DNA of 64,000 nucleotides from Candidatus Bathyarchaeia archaeon (GCA_038843545.1 JAWBRY010000001.1:19-64018); one strand, 5' to 3'. Shown: positions 54,460 through 63,773, counted from the stretch's first letter. Program-made: numbers and translations. The notes: generated by a model not told the origin, from the letters alone.

Positions 54460-54966
54460 TTATACTTCATTTTCAGCGAATATTTCGTTATATTTCCCCT
54501 CGTCTATTTCCCTTTGAACCTCTTTTGGGTCCTTCCCCTCAACGGTGACGCCCATGCTTACGCATGTTCCGAGGATTTCTTTAACAGCGGCCTTCAAGGT
54601 TTTTGATAGGAGTTCAGGCTGTTTTATCTTTGCTATGCGCATGACTTGCTGCATTGAAAGGTTTCCAACCTTCTGGGTTTTCGGGCTTCCTGAGCCCTTC
54701 TCAATTTTAAGTTCACTTACAATCAAGGCTGAAGTGGTTGGCGTTCCAACATTAACCTCAAACTGTTTTGTCTCGGGGTCCACTATGACCTTCACCGGAA
54801 CCTTCATTCCCGCATAGTCTTTTGTCAACTCGTTTATCTTGTTCACAACAGCCAGAACGTTTACTCCCAAGGGGCCTAAAGCTGGCCCCAACGGCGGGCC
54901 CGCCGTGGCTTGTCCACCACTTACAAGCAGTTCCACAATCTTCTTCTCTCCCATAACATCCGCCAA
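54460..54966 (-). CDS. rpl11: 50S ribosomal protein uL11
   Basis: 168 aa. It has ..[20 protein letters not shown]... Confidence 0.95.
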   Translation of the reverse strand: MADVMGEKKIVELLVSGGQATAGPPLGPALGPLGVNVLAVVNKINELTKDYAGMKVPVKVIVDPETKQFEVNVGTPTTSALIVSELKIEKGSGSPKTQKVGNLSMQQVMRIAKIKQPELLSKTLKAAVKEILGTCVSMGVTVEGKDPKEVQREIDEGKYNEIFAENEV

Positions 54967-54968
54967 CC

Positions 54969-55430
54969 CTAAGTTTTCGCTTTTTCCACAAGCTTGACAT
55001 AGTCCGCGTGTACAGTTATTGGAAGCGTGAAGGTTGCTTCAAGAAGTTCTAAAGTCACTTCTTCTTTGGCTTTATCGATTCGCGTTATCTTCGCCCGCAT
55101 CCCCTTGAACGGTCCACCGGTGACCTCCACAATGTCATTTTCGCTTAACTCCTCGATCACCGGCTTTCGAACTATGTATTTCTCGATTTCCGAAAAGCTT
55201 GCAAAGTCTTGAACCCTCGATTTCACATGTTTTATTCCAGCTATAGCTTGTTCCACGAAGTGGGGGCTCTCCGCCTCCACAAATATGTAACCTTTAATCG
55301 TGTCCGGGACAAGAATAGCCTTCACTGGTATTTTGTACATTTCAACTCTGGTCGCTATGAATTTTGCCACATTTCTCTCCTGTCCTGTTGTTACGCTTAC
55401 GGCGAATATTTTTGTGGGCATCTTCTCCAT
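54969..55430 (-). CDS. spt5: Transcription elongation factor Spt5 (NusG)
   Basis: 153 aa. An NGN domain ([11 protein letters not shown]..) is followed by a KOW motif (..[15 protein letters not shown]..). Confidence 0.9.
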   Translation of the reverse strand: MEKMPTKIFAVSVTTGQERNVAKFIATRVEMYKIPVKAILVPDTIKGYIFVEAESPHFVEQAIAGIKHVKSRVQDFASFSEIEKYIVRKPVIEELSENDIVEVTGGPFKGMRAKITRIDKAKEEVTLELLEATFTLPITVHADYVKLVEKAKT

Positions 55431-55449
55431 ACAAATCCTCCTTACGGCG

Positions 55450-55617
55450 TCAGTATGGAATCGCGCTTGTCAACAGCTTTATGACGAACCCTATAAGCCC
55501 CACAACACCTATGCCTAAAAAGCATATCTTTATCGATAGCCATAGCTCGCTTCTTTTGGGTTTAACCGCCAACTTCAGTGTTTTGGAGCACTGTTCTAGG
55601 AAGGACCTTAAACCCAT
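55450..55617 (-). CDS. secE: Protein translocase subunit SecE/Sec61gamma
   Basis: 55-aa ORF below the ORF-track cut-off, translated by hand: MGLRSFLEQCSKTLKLAVKPKRSELWLSIKICFLGIGVVGLIGFVIKLLTSAIPY. It lies in the conserved position upstream of spt5. Confidence 0.75.
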   Translation of the reverse strand: MGLRSFLEQCSKTLKLAVKPKRSELWLSIKICFLGIGVVGLIGFVIKLLTSAIPY

Positions 55618-55698
55618 TTTCACCTACCGGCAACGCTCTTAATAAATGGCTCACGTTCATTAACTTTTCTGTAAGCTCTAACGCTGTTTATCGCCATG

Positions 55699-56532
55699 TT
55701 AAACTTTCTGGATTTTTAAACCAATTCTTTCAAGCATTTTAACCAGACGCTGTTTGTCTTCACCCCTTATTCCCTTCCAGTCTAAAACTGCCCATTCAAC
55801 TTTCTCCAAGGTTCTCTCCACACATTGTTTTAAAATGTCCTCGTCAACTTCCCATAGAGCGTATTTTGGGATTATGTGGCCAAATGCCAGTTCGCCCCTT
55901 ATGGCTATTTCGGTGAACTTTTCATTGTAGTGGGGGCCTCCAATGCCCAAAACAGCTTGTGTTTCATTTTTTCTAAAACTTGAAACGGTTTCCATGACCG
56001 CTTTAGCTATTACTTTCGCCGCTTCAGTGTCAACCCACTGTTTGGGTGAACTGCCCAACTCAATGAACATGGTTGGTTTATTTAATGATGGGCCGTGATG
56101 AGTGCATTCATAGGATACCTTATAATTAAGATGCTTTTCGGCTACAAGCTTTGCCATAGCTCTTAGAGCTGTTCTCATGGCATTTGCAGGAGCAACCGAA
56201 ACTTTCCTTGGACTTCCACCCAACCTTGCCTCCCCAAGGTTTCCAGGAACGTGAACAGAGAGTGTTGGAATTGCACTTTCACTGCTGTGTCTTGAAAGAA
56301 AGATTATGAGTTCCGGTGAAGGTGAAAACGCCGCTAAATTTTCTGCATAAACCGGCTCCTCATCCAACACCACCAGCCTAACTTCACACAAATCCCTTTC
56401 TCCAATGTAAACTTGGGACTCACCGAATTTTTCTCCAACCCTAAAGGGGTAAGTTTCAAGAATCTGTTTCATAATGTTCATACTTGCCGGATCCTTTTTG
56501 GAAGCGACCAGCAGAATCAAATTTGCTCCCAA
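55699..56532 (-). CDS. dtdA: D-aminoacyl-tRNA deacylase, archaeal type (DtdA)
   Basis: 277 aa. The N-terminal ..LILLVASKKDPASMNI.. and later ..SRHSSES.., ..ECTHHGP.. and ..GGPHY.. fit the family. Confidence 0.7.
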   Translation of the reverse strand: MGANLILLVASKKDPASMNIMKQILETYPFRVGEKFGESQVYIGERDLCEVRLVVLDEEPVYAENLAAFSPSPELIIFLSRHSSESAIPTLSVHVPGNLGEARLGGSPRKVSVAPANAMRTALRAMAKLVAEKHLNYKVSYECTHHGPSLNKPTMFIELGSSPKQWVDTEAAKVIAKAVMETVSSFRKNETQAVLGIGGPHYNEKFTEIAIRGELAFGHIIPKYALWEVDEDILKQCVERTLEKVEWAVLDWKGIRGEDKQRLVKMLERIGLKIQKV

Positions 56533-56622
56533 CTGCTTGACGCATCATGTCTAGAAAAGGTTTTCCGTAAAGTTTATAACAGTTCAAAAGCGTTGAAGCT
56601 TTAATTCGCGTGGCTGGTAAGC

Positions 56623-57511
56623 ATGCATCTAATCAATTTTAAGGAGCTGTCTGGGCAGCAGCTTATGGAAATAATCGACAAGGCTATTGAGGTGAAGTAC
56701 AACCCAGAAAAATATCGGAAAGCCTTAGACGGCAAGTCTTTAGCCATGATTTTCCAGAAGACCTCAACGAGAACTAGAGTTTCCTTTGAGGTTGCCATGA
56801 CCCAGCTTGGGGGACACGCCCTTTACATAGACTGGAGGACGACAAATTTTACGATAGCTGACATATACGATGAAACCCAATATTTGTCGCGGAACGTTAA
56901 CTGCATCATGGCTAGGCTTCTCCGAAACGCTGACCTGCAAGTTATGGCTAAAGCTTCAAGAGTTCCGGTCATAAATGGATGCGACGAAAAATATCATCCA
57001 AGCCAAGCCATAGCCGACCTTATGACCATGAAGGAAAAGAAGGGCAGACTGAAGGGTCTAAAGCTGGTTTACATTGGTGTGCATAACAATGTTTGCAACT
57101 CGTTGATAGAGGGATGCACCAAAACAGGCGTCAAGATTGTTACAGTTACACCGATAATTAATGAACCCTCAAGGGATGACGAGCTTCTTGAAGAGGCTAG
57201 GAAGACTGGGCTCTATGAAACGACGCTTGACGTGAGGCATGCTGTGAAGGATGCCGACTTTGTTTACACCGATACATGGGTTGACATGGAGTTCTTCACA
57301 GACCCCAAATACGCCGCCGAGAGGGAGAAGCGCGTCAAACTTATGATGCCCTATCAAGTGAACAAGGAGCTGCTAAAAGAAAGCAACGCGTTGATAATGC
57401 ATGATAAGCGAAGATGTAATCGAAAGTCCAAACTCAATAATTTATGAACAGAGCGAAAACAGGCTTTACGCGGCTAAGGCCATATTACTTAAACTGCTAG
57501 GAAAATTCTAG
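56623..57511 (+). pseudogene. Ornithine-carbamoyltransferase-like transcarbamylase, divergent second-substrate motifs, with the C-terminus out of frame and the HCLP motif missing
   Basis: The carbamoyl-phosphate motifs STRTR and HPSQ are intact. The usual OTCase motifs DxxxSMG (here TDTWVDMEF) and QLGRGE are not conserved. After ..ALIMH the frame yields DKRRCNRK*. The conserved tail ISEDVIESPNSIIYEQSENRLYAAKAILLKLLGKF continues in another frame (57404-57511). The expected CLPxxRGxE segment is absent. Confidence 0.55.
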
Positions 57512-57535
57512 GATGGCGTTGTAGGGCTGAGCTTT

Positions 57536-58003
57536 TTGGAAACTATAGACTGGAATCTTGTTGCCCCTTGCGGTCTTTACCGTGGTGAATGCACGGGCTT
57601 CCTTAAGGGCAAGTGTGGAGGCTGTAGAAGCAATAAAGGCGTAAGCAAAGAGTACCGGAAATACTGCAAAATCTACAAATGCGCAGCCCGTAAAAACATT
57701 GAAATATGCTTAGACTGCGAAAGTTTTCCATGTAAGTTTTTCGATTTCTTTAAGGCGGAAACACTGGAGTCAAGTGCATGGTTTTTGGACGTTTGGTGTA
57801 ACATGAAACAAGTCAAGGAACATGGCATTTCAAAGTTTCTCAAAGCCAAGGAAAAGTGGCTGGTGAAGAGAAAAGCTTGTGCCGCAAAAAGGGAAATTAA
57901 GTACTGTGATGAATGTAAACAATGGCCATGTGAGTTGCTGAAGAGAGAAGCTCTTACTCCGATGGATTTGCAAAAGTTTAAGGAGTTTATGCTCAAAGTT
58001 TGA
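57536..58003 (+). CDS. DUF3795-like cysteine-rich protein
   Basis: 155 aa. CGLYRGEC...GKCGGCRS...YKC...CLDCESFPC, with a second C..C..WPC near the C-terminus. Confidence 0.6.
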   Translation: METIDWNLVAPCGLYRGECTGFLKGKCGGCRSNKGVSKEYRKYCKIYKCAARKNIEICLDCESFPCKFFDFFKAETLESSAWFLDVWCNMKQVKEHGISKFLKAKEKWLVKRKACAAKREIKYCDECKQWPCELLKREALTPMDLQKFKEFMLKV

Positions 58004-58169
58004 AAGATAAATGCTCTTGTGCGTCGCTTAATGCTAAATCAGTAGCGCAAAATTTATAAGGAAGAGAATTTTTGCGGCTCATTTAGAGGATAGAAAGACG
58101 TATGCGTAGTTGGCCAAATAGGCCAAACATAACGTTCAGTCCCGTCCTGAATTCGGACGATAATGTTGG

Positions 58170-58544
58170 GTGTTCGATATGGGCATCCACATTATCGCCG
58201 AATTTCGGGGCGTGGATCCCCGAAAGATTTCGAGAGTGGAATATCTACGTCCGATTTTGGATAGCGTAGTTGCTAGTTCTGGTTTGCATGTTATTTCTTC
58301 AAGTTTTCATCAATTCGAGCCTCATGGGGTTTCCGCCATATACCTTCTAAGCGAGTCGCACTTGAGCGTTCACACATGGCCAGAGTATGGTTATATGGCT
58401 TTGGACATTTTCACCTGTGGGGATGATGGGCCGGCTTTGAAGGCTTTTGAACTGTTGGTGGAGAAGTTTAAGCCTAAAAGCGTTGAAAAACGCATCATAA
58501 GGAGGGATGTTTATGGAGAAGGTGGAAGCCAAAATACTGTGTGA
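58170..58544 (+). CDS. speH: S-adenosylmethionine decarboxylase proenzyme (pyruvoyl, SpeH type)
   Basis: 124 aa. It has the self-cleavage and active-site motif LLSESHLSVHTWPE and ..DIFTCGD... Confidence 0.85.
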   Translation: MFDMGIHIIAEFRGVDPRKISRVEYLRPILDSVVASSGLHVISSSFHQFEPHGVSAIYLLSESHLSVHTWPEYGYMALDIFTCGDDGPALKAFELLVEKFKPKSVEKRIIRRDVYGEGGSQNTV

Positions 58545-59580
58545 GCTTGCCTCTTCAAAGAAAACTTTCTGGGAGCTTCTCGATAGGGTCAACGGTCCAC
58601 TCAAAGATTTTGTGGCAGCGTTAAGAAGACTTATTAGAAATGGGTTTGTCATCGCTGACGAAAGCGGTTTCTCTCTTACCGATAGAGGTAAGAGTCAAAT
58701 TATACTTGACAGCCTTAATTTTGAAGGCAGGCTTTGCTCGCTTTGTCAAGGCAGACGAATAATCCCAGAGGCAAAGTTCAAGGATATTCTGGAAGAGTTC
58801 AAACGTATAGTCCAGAAAAGGCCGAGCCCAACCCTCAACTTTTTCCAAGGGTACATGCTTGAAAGTGATGTGGTTGCGAGGGCTGCCCTAATGCACTATT
58901 ATGGCGATTTAGCTGGGAAAAGCGTGATCTTGATTGGCGACGACGACTTGTTGAGCATTGCTCTAGCCTTGACGAGACTTCCATCCCGCATAACAGTTCT
59001 AGACATTGATAAACGGTTAGGCGAGTTCATAGAGTTCGTCAATAAGGAGTACGGCTTCAACATCGAGTTTGTGGAATATAACGTGGCTGATCCGTTGCCC
59101 GCGGAACTGCGGGGAAAATTTGAAGTTTTCTCTTCGGAGCCTCTAGAAACTTTGTCTGGGTTAAGGGCTTTCCTAATTCGTGGTGTGGCTTGCCTAAGGG
59201 AGAAGGGTGTCGGCTATTTCGGTTTAACCCTTTATGAGGCTTCTCTTAAAAAGTGGCTGGCTGTTCAGAAACTTTTGACTAGAATGAACTGCGTTGTCAC
59301 CGACATTATTCAAGGGTTCTCCGTTTACCCAATGGACTATGGCACTGCAAACTATGAGGAATTTGCCTACAACCTAGGCTTTAAAGTTGGCAAAAATCCC
59401 GGGGTTAACTGGTACAAGTCCGCTTTGTATAGGTTTGAAGTGCTTGGCAAAGCGAGGCTTCCAACGGGCGCCGATAAAAAGTTGAGGCTTCAGTTTATTG
59501 ATAAAGAGGAAGACTTAACTCATCCAACATTATATCGTAAATTAGGGAACGTGATTGAAAAGGTAGCGTGCCAAGCATAG
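58507..59580 (+). CDS. DUF43-family aminopropyltransferase, branched-chain polyamine synthase (BpsA)-like
   Basis: 357 aa. An N-terminal wHTH-like segment is followed by ..GKSVILIGDDDLLSIALA.. and ..VLDIDKRL.. (a Rossmann MTase-like fold). It overlaps the end of speH. Confidence 0.6.
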   Translation: MFMEKVEAKILCELASSKKTFWELLDRVNGPLKDFVAALRRLIRNGFVIADESGFSLTDRGKSQIILDSLNFEGRLCSLCQGRRIIPEAKFKDILEEFKRIVQKRPSPTLNFFQGYMLESDVVARAALMHYYGDLAGKSVILIGDDDLLSIALALTRLPSRITVLDIDKRLGEFIEFVNKEYGFNIEFVEYNVADPLPAELRGKFEVFSSEPLETLSGLRAFLIRGVACLREKGVGYFGLTLYEASLKKWLAVQKLLTRMNCVVTDIIQGFSVYPMDYGTANYEEFAYNLGFKVGKNPGVNWYKSALYRFEVLGKARLPTGADKKLRLQFIDKEEDLTHPTLYRKLGNVIEKVACQA

Positions 59581-59590
59581 CGTTTTGTAA

Positions 59591-60112
59591 GTGGTGTTTA
59601 TGTCTTCTCGCAGGATGAAATCTTCCAGCGTTATCCTTGAGAATGTAAAAATCCGACGTGCAAGCGAGGCAGACCTCCAGCAAATTGTCAAGTTGTCTGA
59701 AAAGCTTGGGAGAGATGAGAGCGCAATGGATTCTATGGTTTCGCCGTTGCCCAGCGAGTTCCAAAACCCAAACTGGATTCTCAAAAACATTAAGGGCGAA
59801 AACACGGTGGTTTTAGTCGCTGAGGCCGACGGAAAAATTGTCGGGTACTCTCTTGGATGGGTTAGTCAACCTTGGTCGTACAAAGCTAAAAGAGGTTATA
59901 TTTGCGATTGCTTCGTGGAGAAGTCTTACAGGCGACAGGGGATAGGCAAGGCTCTGGTGAAAGCCATGCTTGAATGGTTCAAAAACAAGGGCGTGGAATG
60001 CGTTGAAGCAGACATATACTCCAACAACGTTCCATCCTTGGCTATGTTTAAGGGATTAGGCTTCAAAGAGGTTTCAAAAAGGCTTCGCCTAACATTCGAA
60101 AGGCAGCAGTAA
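59591..60112 (+). CDS. GNAT-family N-acetyltransferase
   Basis: 173 aa. It has the acetyl-CoA motif ..YRRQGIGKALVKAM... Confidence 0.8.
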   Translation: MVFMSSRRMKSSSVILENVKIRRASEADLQQIVKLSEKLGRDESAMDSMVSPLPSEFQNPNWILKNIKGENTVVLVAEADGKIVGYSLGWVSQPWSYKAKRGYICDCFVEKSYRRQGIGKALVKAMLEWFKNKGVECVEADIYSNNVPSLAMFKGLGFKEVSKRLRLTFERQQ

Positions 60113-60122
60113 GGTTTGGCGA

Positions 60123-61028
60123 CTATCCAATAATCATTTCCACAAACTTTTCTGGCTTAAATTCCTCAAGGGCGTCGTAGCTTTGCCCAGTTCCAACAAA
60201 AATTATCGGTTTCCGCGTCACATATGTTACGCTTATGGCTGCGCCTCCCTTAACATCCGCATCCACTTTTGTTAGTATGGTTGCGTCTATACCCACGCTT
60301 TTATGAAACTCCTCCGCTTGAGCGACAGCATCATTTCCGGTTAATGCGTCCACAGTTAGAATTGTCAAGTCCGGGTTTACCACGCGTTTAATTTTCGCAA
60401 GCTCATTCATGAGGTTTCTGTTTGTCTGCATCCGTCCAGCAGTGTCAATTAAGACTGCATGTATCCCGTGAGCCTTTGCGTGGCTTATTGCGTCGTAGGC
60501 CACCGCCGCCGGGTCTGCGCCGTACTTATGCTTTATCATTTTTATGCCTAACCGTTTTGCGTGGGTTTCAAGCTGTTCTATGGAGCCCGCCCTGTAAGTG
60601 TCGCTGCACGCTAAAACTACCGTGTAGCCCTTTTTATTTAGTAAGTGAGCGACCTTCGCTATTGTTGTGGTTTTGCCTGTACCATTAATCCCAACAAACA
60701 TAACTACGAAAGGCTCGTTTTTTCGCCTCTTCTCTTCAACAATCTTCAGAAAATCTATTTTTTCGTTGGTTTGCATCACTTCTAGAAGTGCTTCTCGAAG
60801 GTTCTGCTCCACAATCTTCCTTTTATCCTCAAGCCTTTTAACTTGTACTCCGGTCAGGCGTTTTTCAATTTCACCGCATATACGTTCTGCCACGGGCACG
60901 GCTACATCGTTTTCAATAAGGGTCAGCATAAACTCTGAGAGAATTGGGCGGAGGTTTTCAGCCTTAAGTTCGGTGGTTGTTACTTTACCTATCAGGTTGG
61001 TTAAACTTGACTTAAGCCTTTCAAACAT
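60123..61028 (-). CDS. ftsY: Signal recognition particle receptor FtsY
   Basis: 301 aa. Motifs: FVGINGTGKTTTIAKVA, DTAGRM and TKVDADVKGGAA. Confidence 0.9.
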   Translation of the reverse strand: MFERLKSSLTNLIGKVTTTELKAENLRPILSEFMLTLIENDVAVPVAERICGEIEKRLTGVQVKRLEDKRKIVEQNLREALLEVMQTNEKIDFLKIVEEKRRKNEPFVVMFVGINGTGKTTTIAKVAHLLNKKGYTVVLACSDTYRAGSIEQLETHAKRLGIKMIKHKYGADPAAVAYDAISHAKAHGIHAVLIDTAGRMQTNRNLMNELAKIKRVVNPDLTILTVDALTGNDAVAQAEEFHKSVGIDATILTKVDADVKGGAAISVTYVTRKPIIFVGTGQSYDALEEFKPEKFVEMIIG

Positions 61029-61467
61029 TTTTGGCGGGTGTCTCCTTCCTCAGCATGGTCGCCAACTCCTCAAAACGTTCACGGTTCTCGTTGATTCGAT
61101 CTATAACTTGGGAAAGCTGTTGCTGAAGGGAGACTCTGCTTTTTTCCAAGTCTTCAAGCCTCTTTTTAATTATTTCCTTTGCGTCTTGAAGCGTTTTCTC
61201 AACCGATACACCAGCCCCTATACCTACGGTAACCTTGTCGGGCGTTTCAAGTCTAGCTTTTATGTAGGTGTTTCCGCCTATTGGAATGAGAAGCTCAGCA
61301 TTTTCCTTCTGTTTTTCTAAACCTTCCAACGTCATGTTTGCGTAGGTTAAGTCGGTTAAGACCGCGTTTACCATGTTTATCCTCGCCTCTAAGGCTTCGG
61401 CTGTCTGTTCTAGGATGCGCATTTCAACGCTGAGCCTCCGCAGTTCCTCTTCAGCTTTTCCCGCCAA
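61021..61467 (-). CDS. pfdA: Prefoldin alpha subunit
   Basis: 148 aa. Two coiled-coil arms flank a beta-hairpin core (..LIPIGGNTYIKA...VGIGAGVSVEK..). Confidence 0.8.
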   Translation of the reverse strand: MAGKAEEELRRLSVEMRILEQTAEALEARINMVNAVLTDLTYANMTLEGLEKQKENAELLIPIGGNTYIKARLETPDKVTVGIGAGVSVEKTLQDAKEIIKKRLEDLEKSRVSLQQQLSQVIDRINENRERFEELATMLRKETPAKNV

Positions 61468-61708
61468 TTTTACCTTCTCCAGCCAAAAGTTTTCTTATTA
61501 GAGGATCCTCCACCTCGCCGGGAGCCACCTCTTCCACCTTTCTTATTTCTATGTGAAAGCGTTTAACGCGGTGTTTGCTGCCCAGTTCAGTGTAGACTTT
61601 TTCTATCGCGTGTTCAGGTTTGATGGCTATCACTTCCTTTTCAAATGATGTTTTCCAGTTTGGCTTTCGAATTTCACCTATAACTCTGAAAACTTTCACT
61701 TCGCTCAT
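61451..61708 (-). CDS. rplX: 50S ribosomal protein LX (eL20/L18Ae family)
   Basis: 85 aa. It starts MSEVKVFRVIGEI.. and has ..AIEKVYTELGSKHRVKR... It occupies the conserved position between aIF6 and prefoldin. Confidence 0.8.
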   Translation of the reverse strand: MSEVKVFRVIGEIRKPNWKTSFEKEVIAIKPEHAIEKVYTELGSKHRVKRFHIEIRKVEEVAPGEVEDPLIRKLLAGEGKIGGKS

Positions 61709-62381
61709 TTTCCTCCACTACACCCAAAGCTTGTCCAATTATAAACATTTCTGGACCCGTTGTTAGGGAACCTGCAATGGCTGCTCGGCTGTTGCAGATT
61801 AAACCTGTCCCCACGTAAGGTATCCCACAGTTAACCGTGCCCACATCCACGGGCACCTTCAAAACTTCCTCTAGAAGCTTTCTTTCCGATTCTTTTAAAA
61901 GCGGGTGGGCCAGCACTCCCCTGTTTGTCGCCACGGCTAAGGAGCCAACGTAGGGCAGCTGGGCGATTTCTCCTGGAACAGCCTCCACACCTAATGTGTC
62001 TGAAATTTTTCTGATCTCGGACTGTTTGAGCCTCGGGTCGACTACGGCCCCGTAATCGTTTGCCAGAACCATGTTGCCGTAAGCGGTCTTTTTAGTTTCC
62101 ATCACCGTTATGTTTCCGTCAAAAACAGACTTTATGGCTTTGATTTCTTCATCCCTAACATAATGTGGAAGGAGTATTCCGTTAGAGTTTGCACACGCCA
62201 GCACCCCGGCTAAAACTGAACCACCTATATTTGTGTGTGCAAGCCTCACTTTAAGCCATTCAGCTATCCTTTCAGCTTTTTTAAAGTGTACGGGTTTTGG
62301 AACTATAAGCATTTTTTCAGTAGCCAGTAGGTATACCCCTATGCTTGCGCTTCCGAATAAGTCCATAAGGTAAATTGCCAA
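61674..62381 (-). CDS. eif6: Translation initiation factor 6 (aIF6)
   Basis: 235 aa with a pentein repeat pattern (..GSASIGVYLLATEK.., ..TNIGGSVLAG.., ..TAYGNMVLAND.., ..GSLAVATNRG.., ..PYVGTGLICNS..). Confidence 0.9.
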   Translation of the reverse strand: MAIYLMDLFGSASIGVYLLATEKMLIVPKPVHFKKAERIAEWLKVRLAHTNIGGSVLAGVLACANSNGILLPHYVRDEEIKAIKSVFDGNITVMETKKTAYGNMVLANDYGAVVDPRLKQSEIRKISDTLGVEAVPGEIAQLPYVGSLAVATNRGVLAHPLLKESERKLLEEVLKVPVDVGTVNCGIPYVGTGLICNSRAAIAGSLTTGPEMFIIGQALGVVEENERSESFQSYR

Positions 62382-62383
62382 GC

Positions 62384-62803
62384 TTAATCTCCTTCAGCCA
62401 AATAAACTGTAACATTTCCATCTTTATCCTTTGCAGCCCTGACACGAATTTTCCTCGGAGGCTTTTCTATACCCCTGTTCCAGATTTTCTCGTTAACCTC
62501 ATTACTTATAATAACTCTGGGTTCGGTTTCCTCCTCTCCTTCCACGCTTATAGCTTTAAGCTTCATATGCCTTCTTATAAAATCTCGTATTATCCTAACA
62601 GCCTTGGGCGCCCTTTTATTTGGGGGGGCAATCCAGGCTTTTCCCAAGGGGATTGTGTAAAACCTTTCCTCAACAATCCCCTCTTCTTCAATTTCTTCCC
62701 CTACTGCGGGCTTGACCTCCTCGCTTTTTTCCTCAGCCTTCTCGACGCTTTCCTCTATTTCCTCACTTTCTTCTTGTTCGTTGGTTTCCTCTTCGACGTT
62801 CAC
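62384..62803 (-). CDS. rpl31e: 50S ribosomal protein eL31 with an acidic N-terminal extension
   Basis: 139 aa. The conserved core starts at ..ERFYTIPLGKAW..APKAVRIIRDF...NEKIWNRGIEKPPRKIRV... The first ~47 residues are Glu-rich. The only canonical in-frame start before the core is the GTG at 62803. Confidence 0.85.
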   Translation of the reverse strand: MNVEEETNEQEESEEIEESVEKAEEKSEEVKPAVGEEIEEEGIVEERFYTIPLGKAWIAPPNKRAPKAVRIIRDFIRRHMKLKAISVEGEEETEPRVIISNEVNEKIWNRGIEKPPRKIRVRAAKDKDGNVTVYLAEGD

Positions 62804-62812
62804 GCTTTCACC

Positions 62813-62968
62813 CTAAGCTTTTATTTTTCTTACTCTCCAGCGTCTCCTTTTAGGGTGCGTTCTAAATTTTCCAGCAGTTTTGACAATAACCCATGTTGGC
62901 ACAGCCTTTTTCACTTTTCCGGCTTTTGCAAGCCTTCTCTTTTTCGCAGCTGGTTTAAATCTTGCCAT
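62813..62968 (-). CDS. rpl39e: 50S ribosomal protein eL39
   Basis: 51-aa ORF below the ORF-track cut-off, translated by hand: [51 protein letters not shown]. Confidence 0.8.
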   Translation of the reverse strand: MARFKPAAKKRRLAKAGKVKKAVPTWVIVKTAGKFRTHPKRRRWRVRKIKA

Positions 62969-62970
62969 CT

Positions 62971-63306
62971 TCAAATTCTCCTAATTTTTATTTCGCGTTT
63001 TTGGGATTGTAGCTGAATCAAGATTTGTTTGAGCTGTTCATCTGTAAGCGGGATGGGAAGCTTGCCCATCTGGGCTAGTTGGATCAGCTGTAGTTCAAAC
63101 TGGGCTGTGAACTCCGGCTTAACAAGCTTAAGATTTGCCAACCTTTGCCGGGCTTCAGGCGTCAGAATGCGTTTCAGTATTGCCTGTTTTTGGAGTTCAA
63201 GCTGTTGCTCCATCTGGGCTTTTTGTTGTTCCTCGGCGAGTTTTTGTTGTAGAGCAAGAAGTTTTCTCCGGCGGAGTTCTTCAAGCTCTTCTTCTTCCGA
63301 CATCAC
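62971..63306 (-). CDS. PDCD5/TFAR19-family DNA-binding protein
   Basis: 111 aa. ..[20 protein letters not shown].. is characteristic. Confidence 0.8.
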   Translation of the reverse strand: MMSEEEELEELRRRKLLALQQKLAEEQQKAQMEQQLELQKQAILKRILTPEARQRLANLKLVKPEFTAQFELQLIQLAQMGKLPIPLTDEQLKQILIQLQSQKREIKIRRI

Positions 63307-63773
63307 TATTCACCACTCTGGTATCTTTTAAGCTCCGGCATCTTTTTCAACAAATCCCTCATTACTTCGGCGGCTATCTCCTCAAGTAGCCTGCGGCCTT
63401 CCTTAGTCACTCTTCTCCCCTTATTCTGGTATTTTTCAACTAAACCCGCCGCTTCAAGTTGTTGGAGCGCCTTCCTTATTATTGCGCCTCCAGCCTTGAC
63501 GGCGTGTTCAGGTCTAACTCCAAAGTCCTTTCTCCCACCATACTCGGCGCGGAGTCTCTCTATGCCTATCGGTCCATGAATGTAGATTTTGCGCAACAGT
63601 GACGCGCACCGGGTATACCACCAATCCGAGTTGTCTGGAGGCCTCTGCACATGGGCACCAGTTTTCACTATGCTCGCCCATGGAGGCGGTTTAACTTCGT
63701 CAATGTTCTCTTTTATGTAGTTGGCTAGCCTTTGAATGAATTCCGTCGCTGGCACATCGTATGGCGTCGGCAA
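63306..63773 (-). CDS. rps19e: 30S ribosomal protein eS19
   Basis: The core reads ..[62 protein letters not shown]... The ORF track opens at 63890, but that extension overlaps the end of the upstream gene. The TTG at 63773 (MPTPYDVPA) gives a typical ~155-aa protein. Confidence 0.85.
   Translation of the reverse strand: MPTPYDVPATEFIQRLANYIKENIDEVKPPPWASIVKTGAHVQRPPDNSDWWYTRCASLLRKIYIHGPIGIERLRAEYGGRKDFGVRPEHAVKAGGAIIRKALQQLEAAGLVEKYQNKGRRVTKEGRRLLEEIAAEVMRDLLKKMPELKRYQSGE

Noticed and set aside
58111-58126. Tandem GGCCAAA-TA-GGCCAAA (containing the palindrome GGCCAAATAGGCC) upstream of speH.
   Set aside because: It is a single short occurrence with no second copy in the window. It is possibly an operator, but there is too little evidence to call one.
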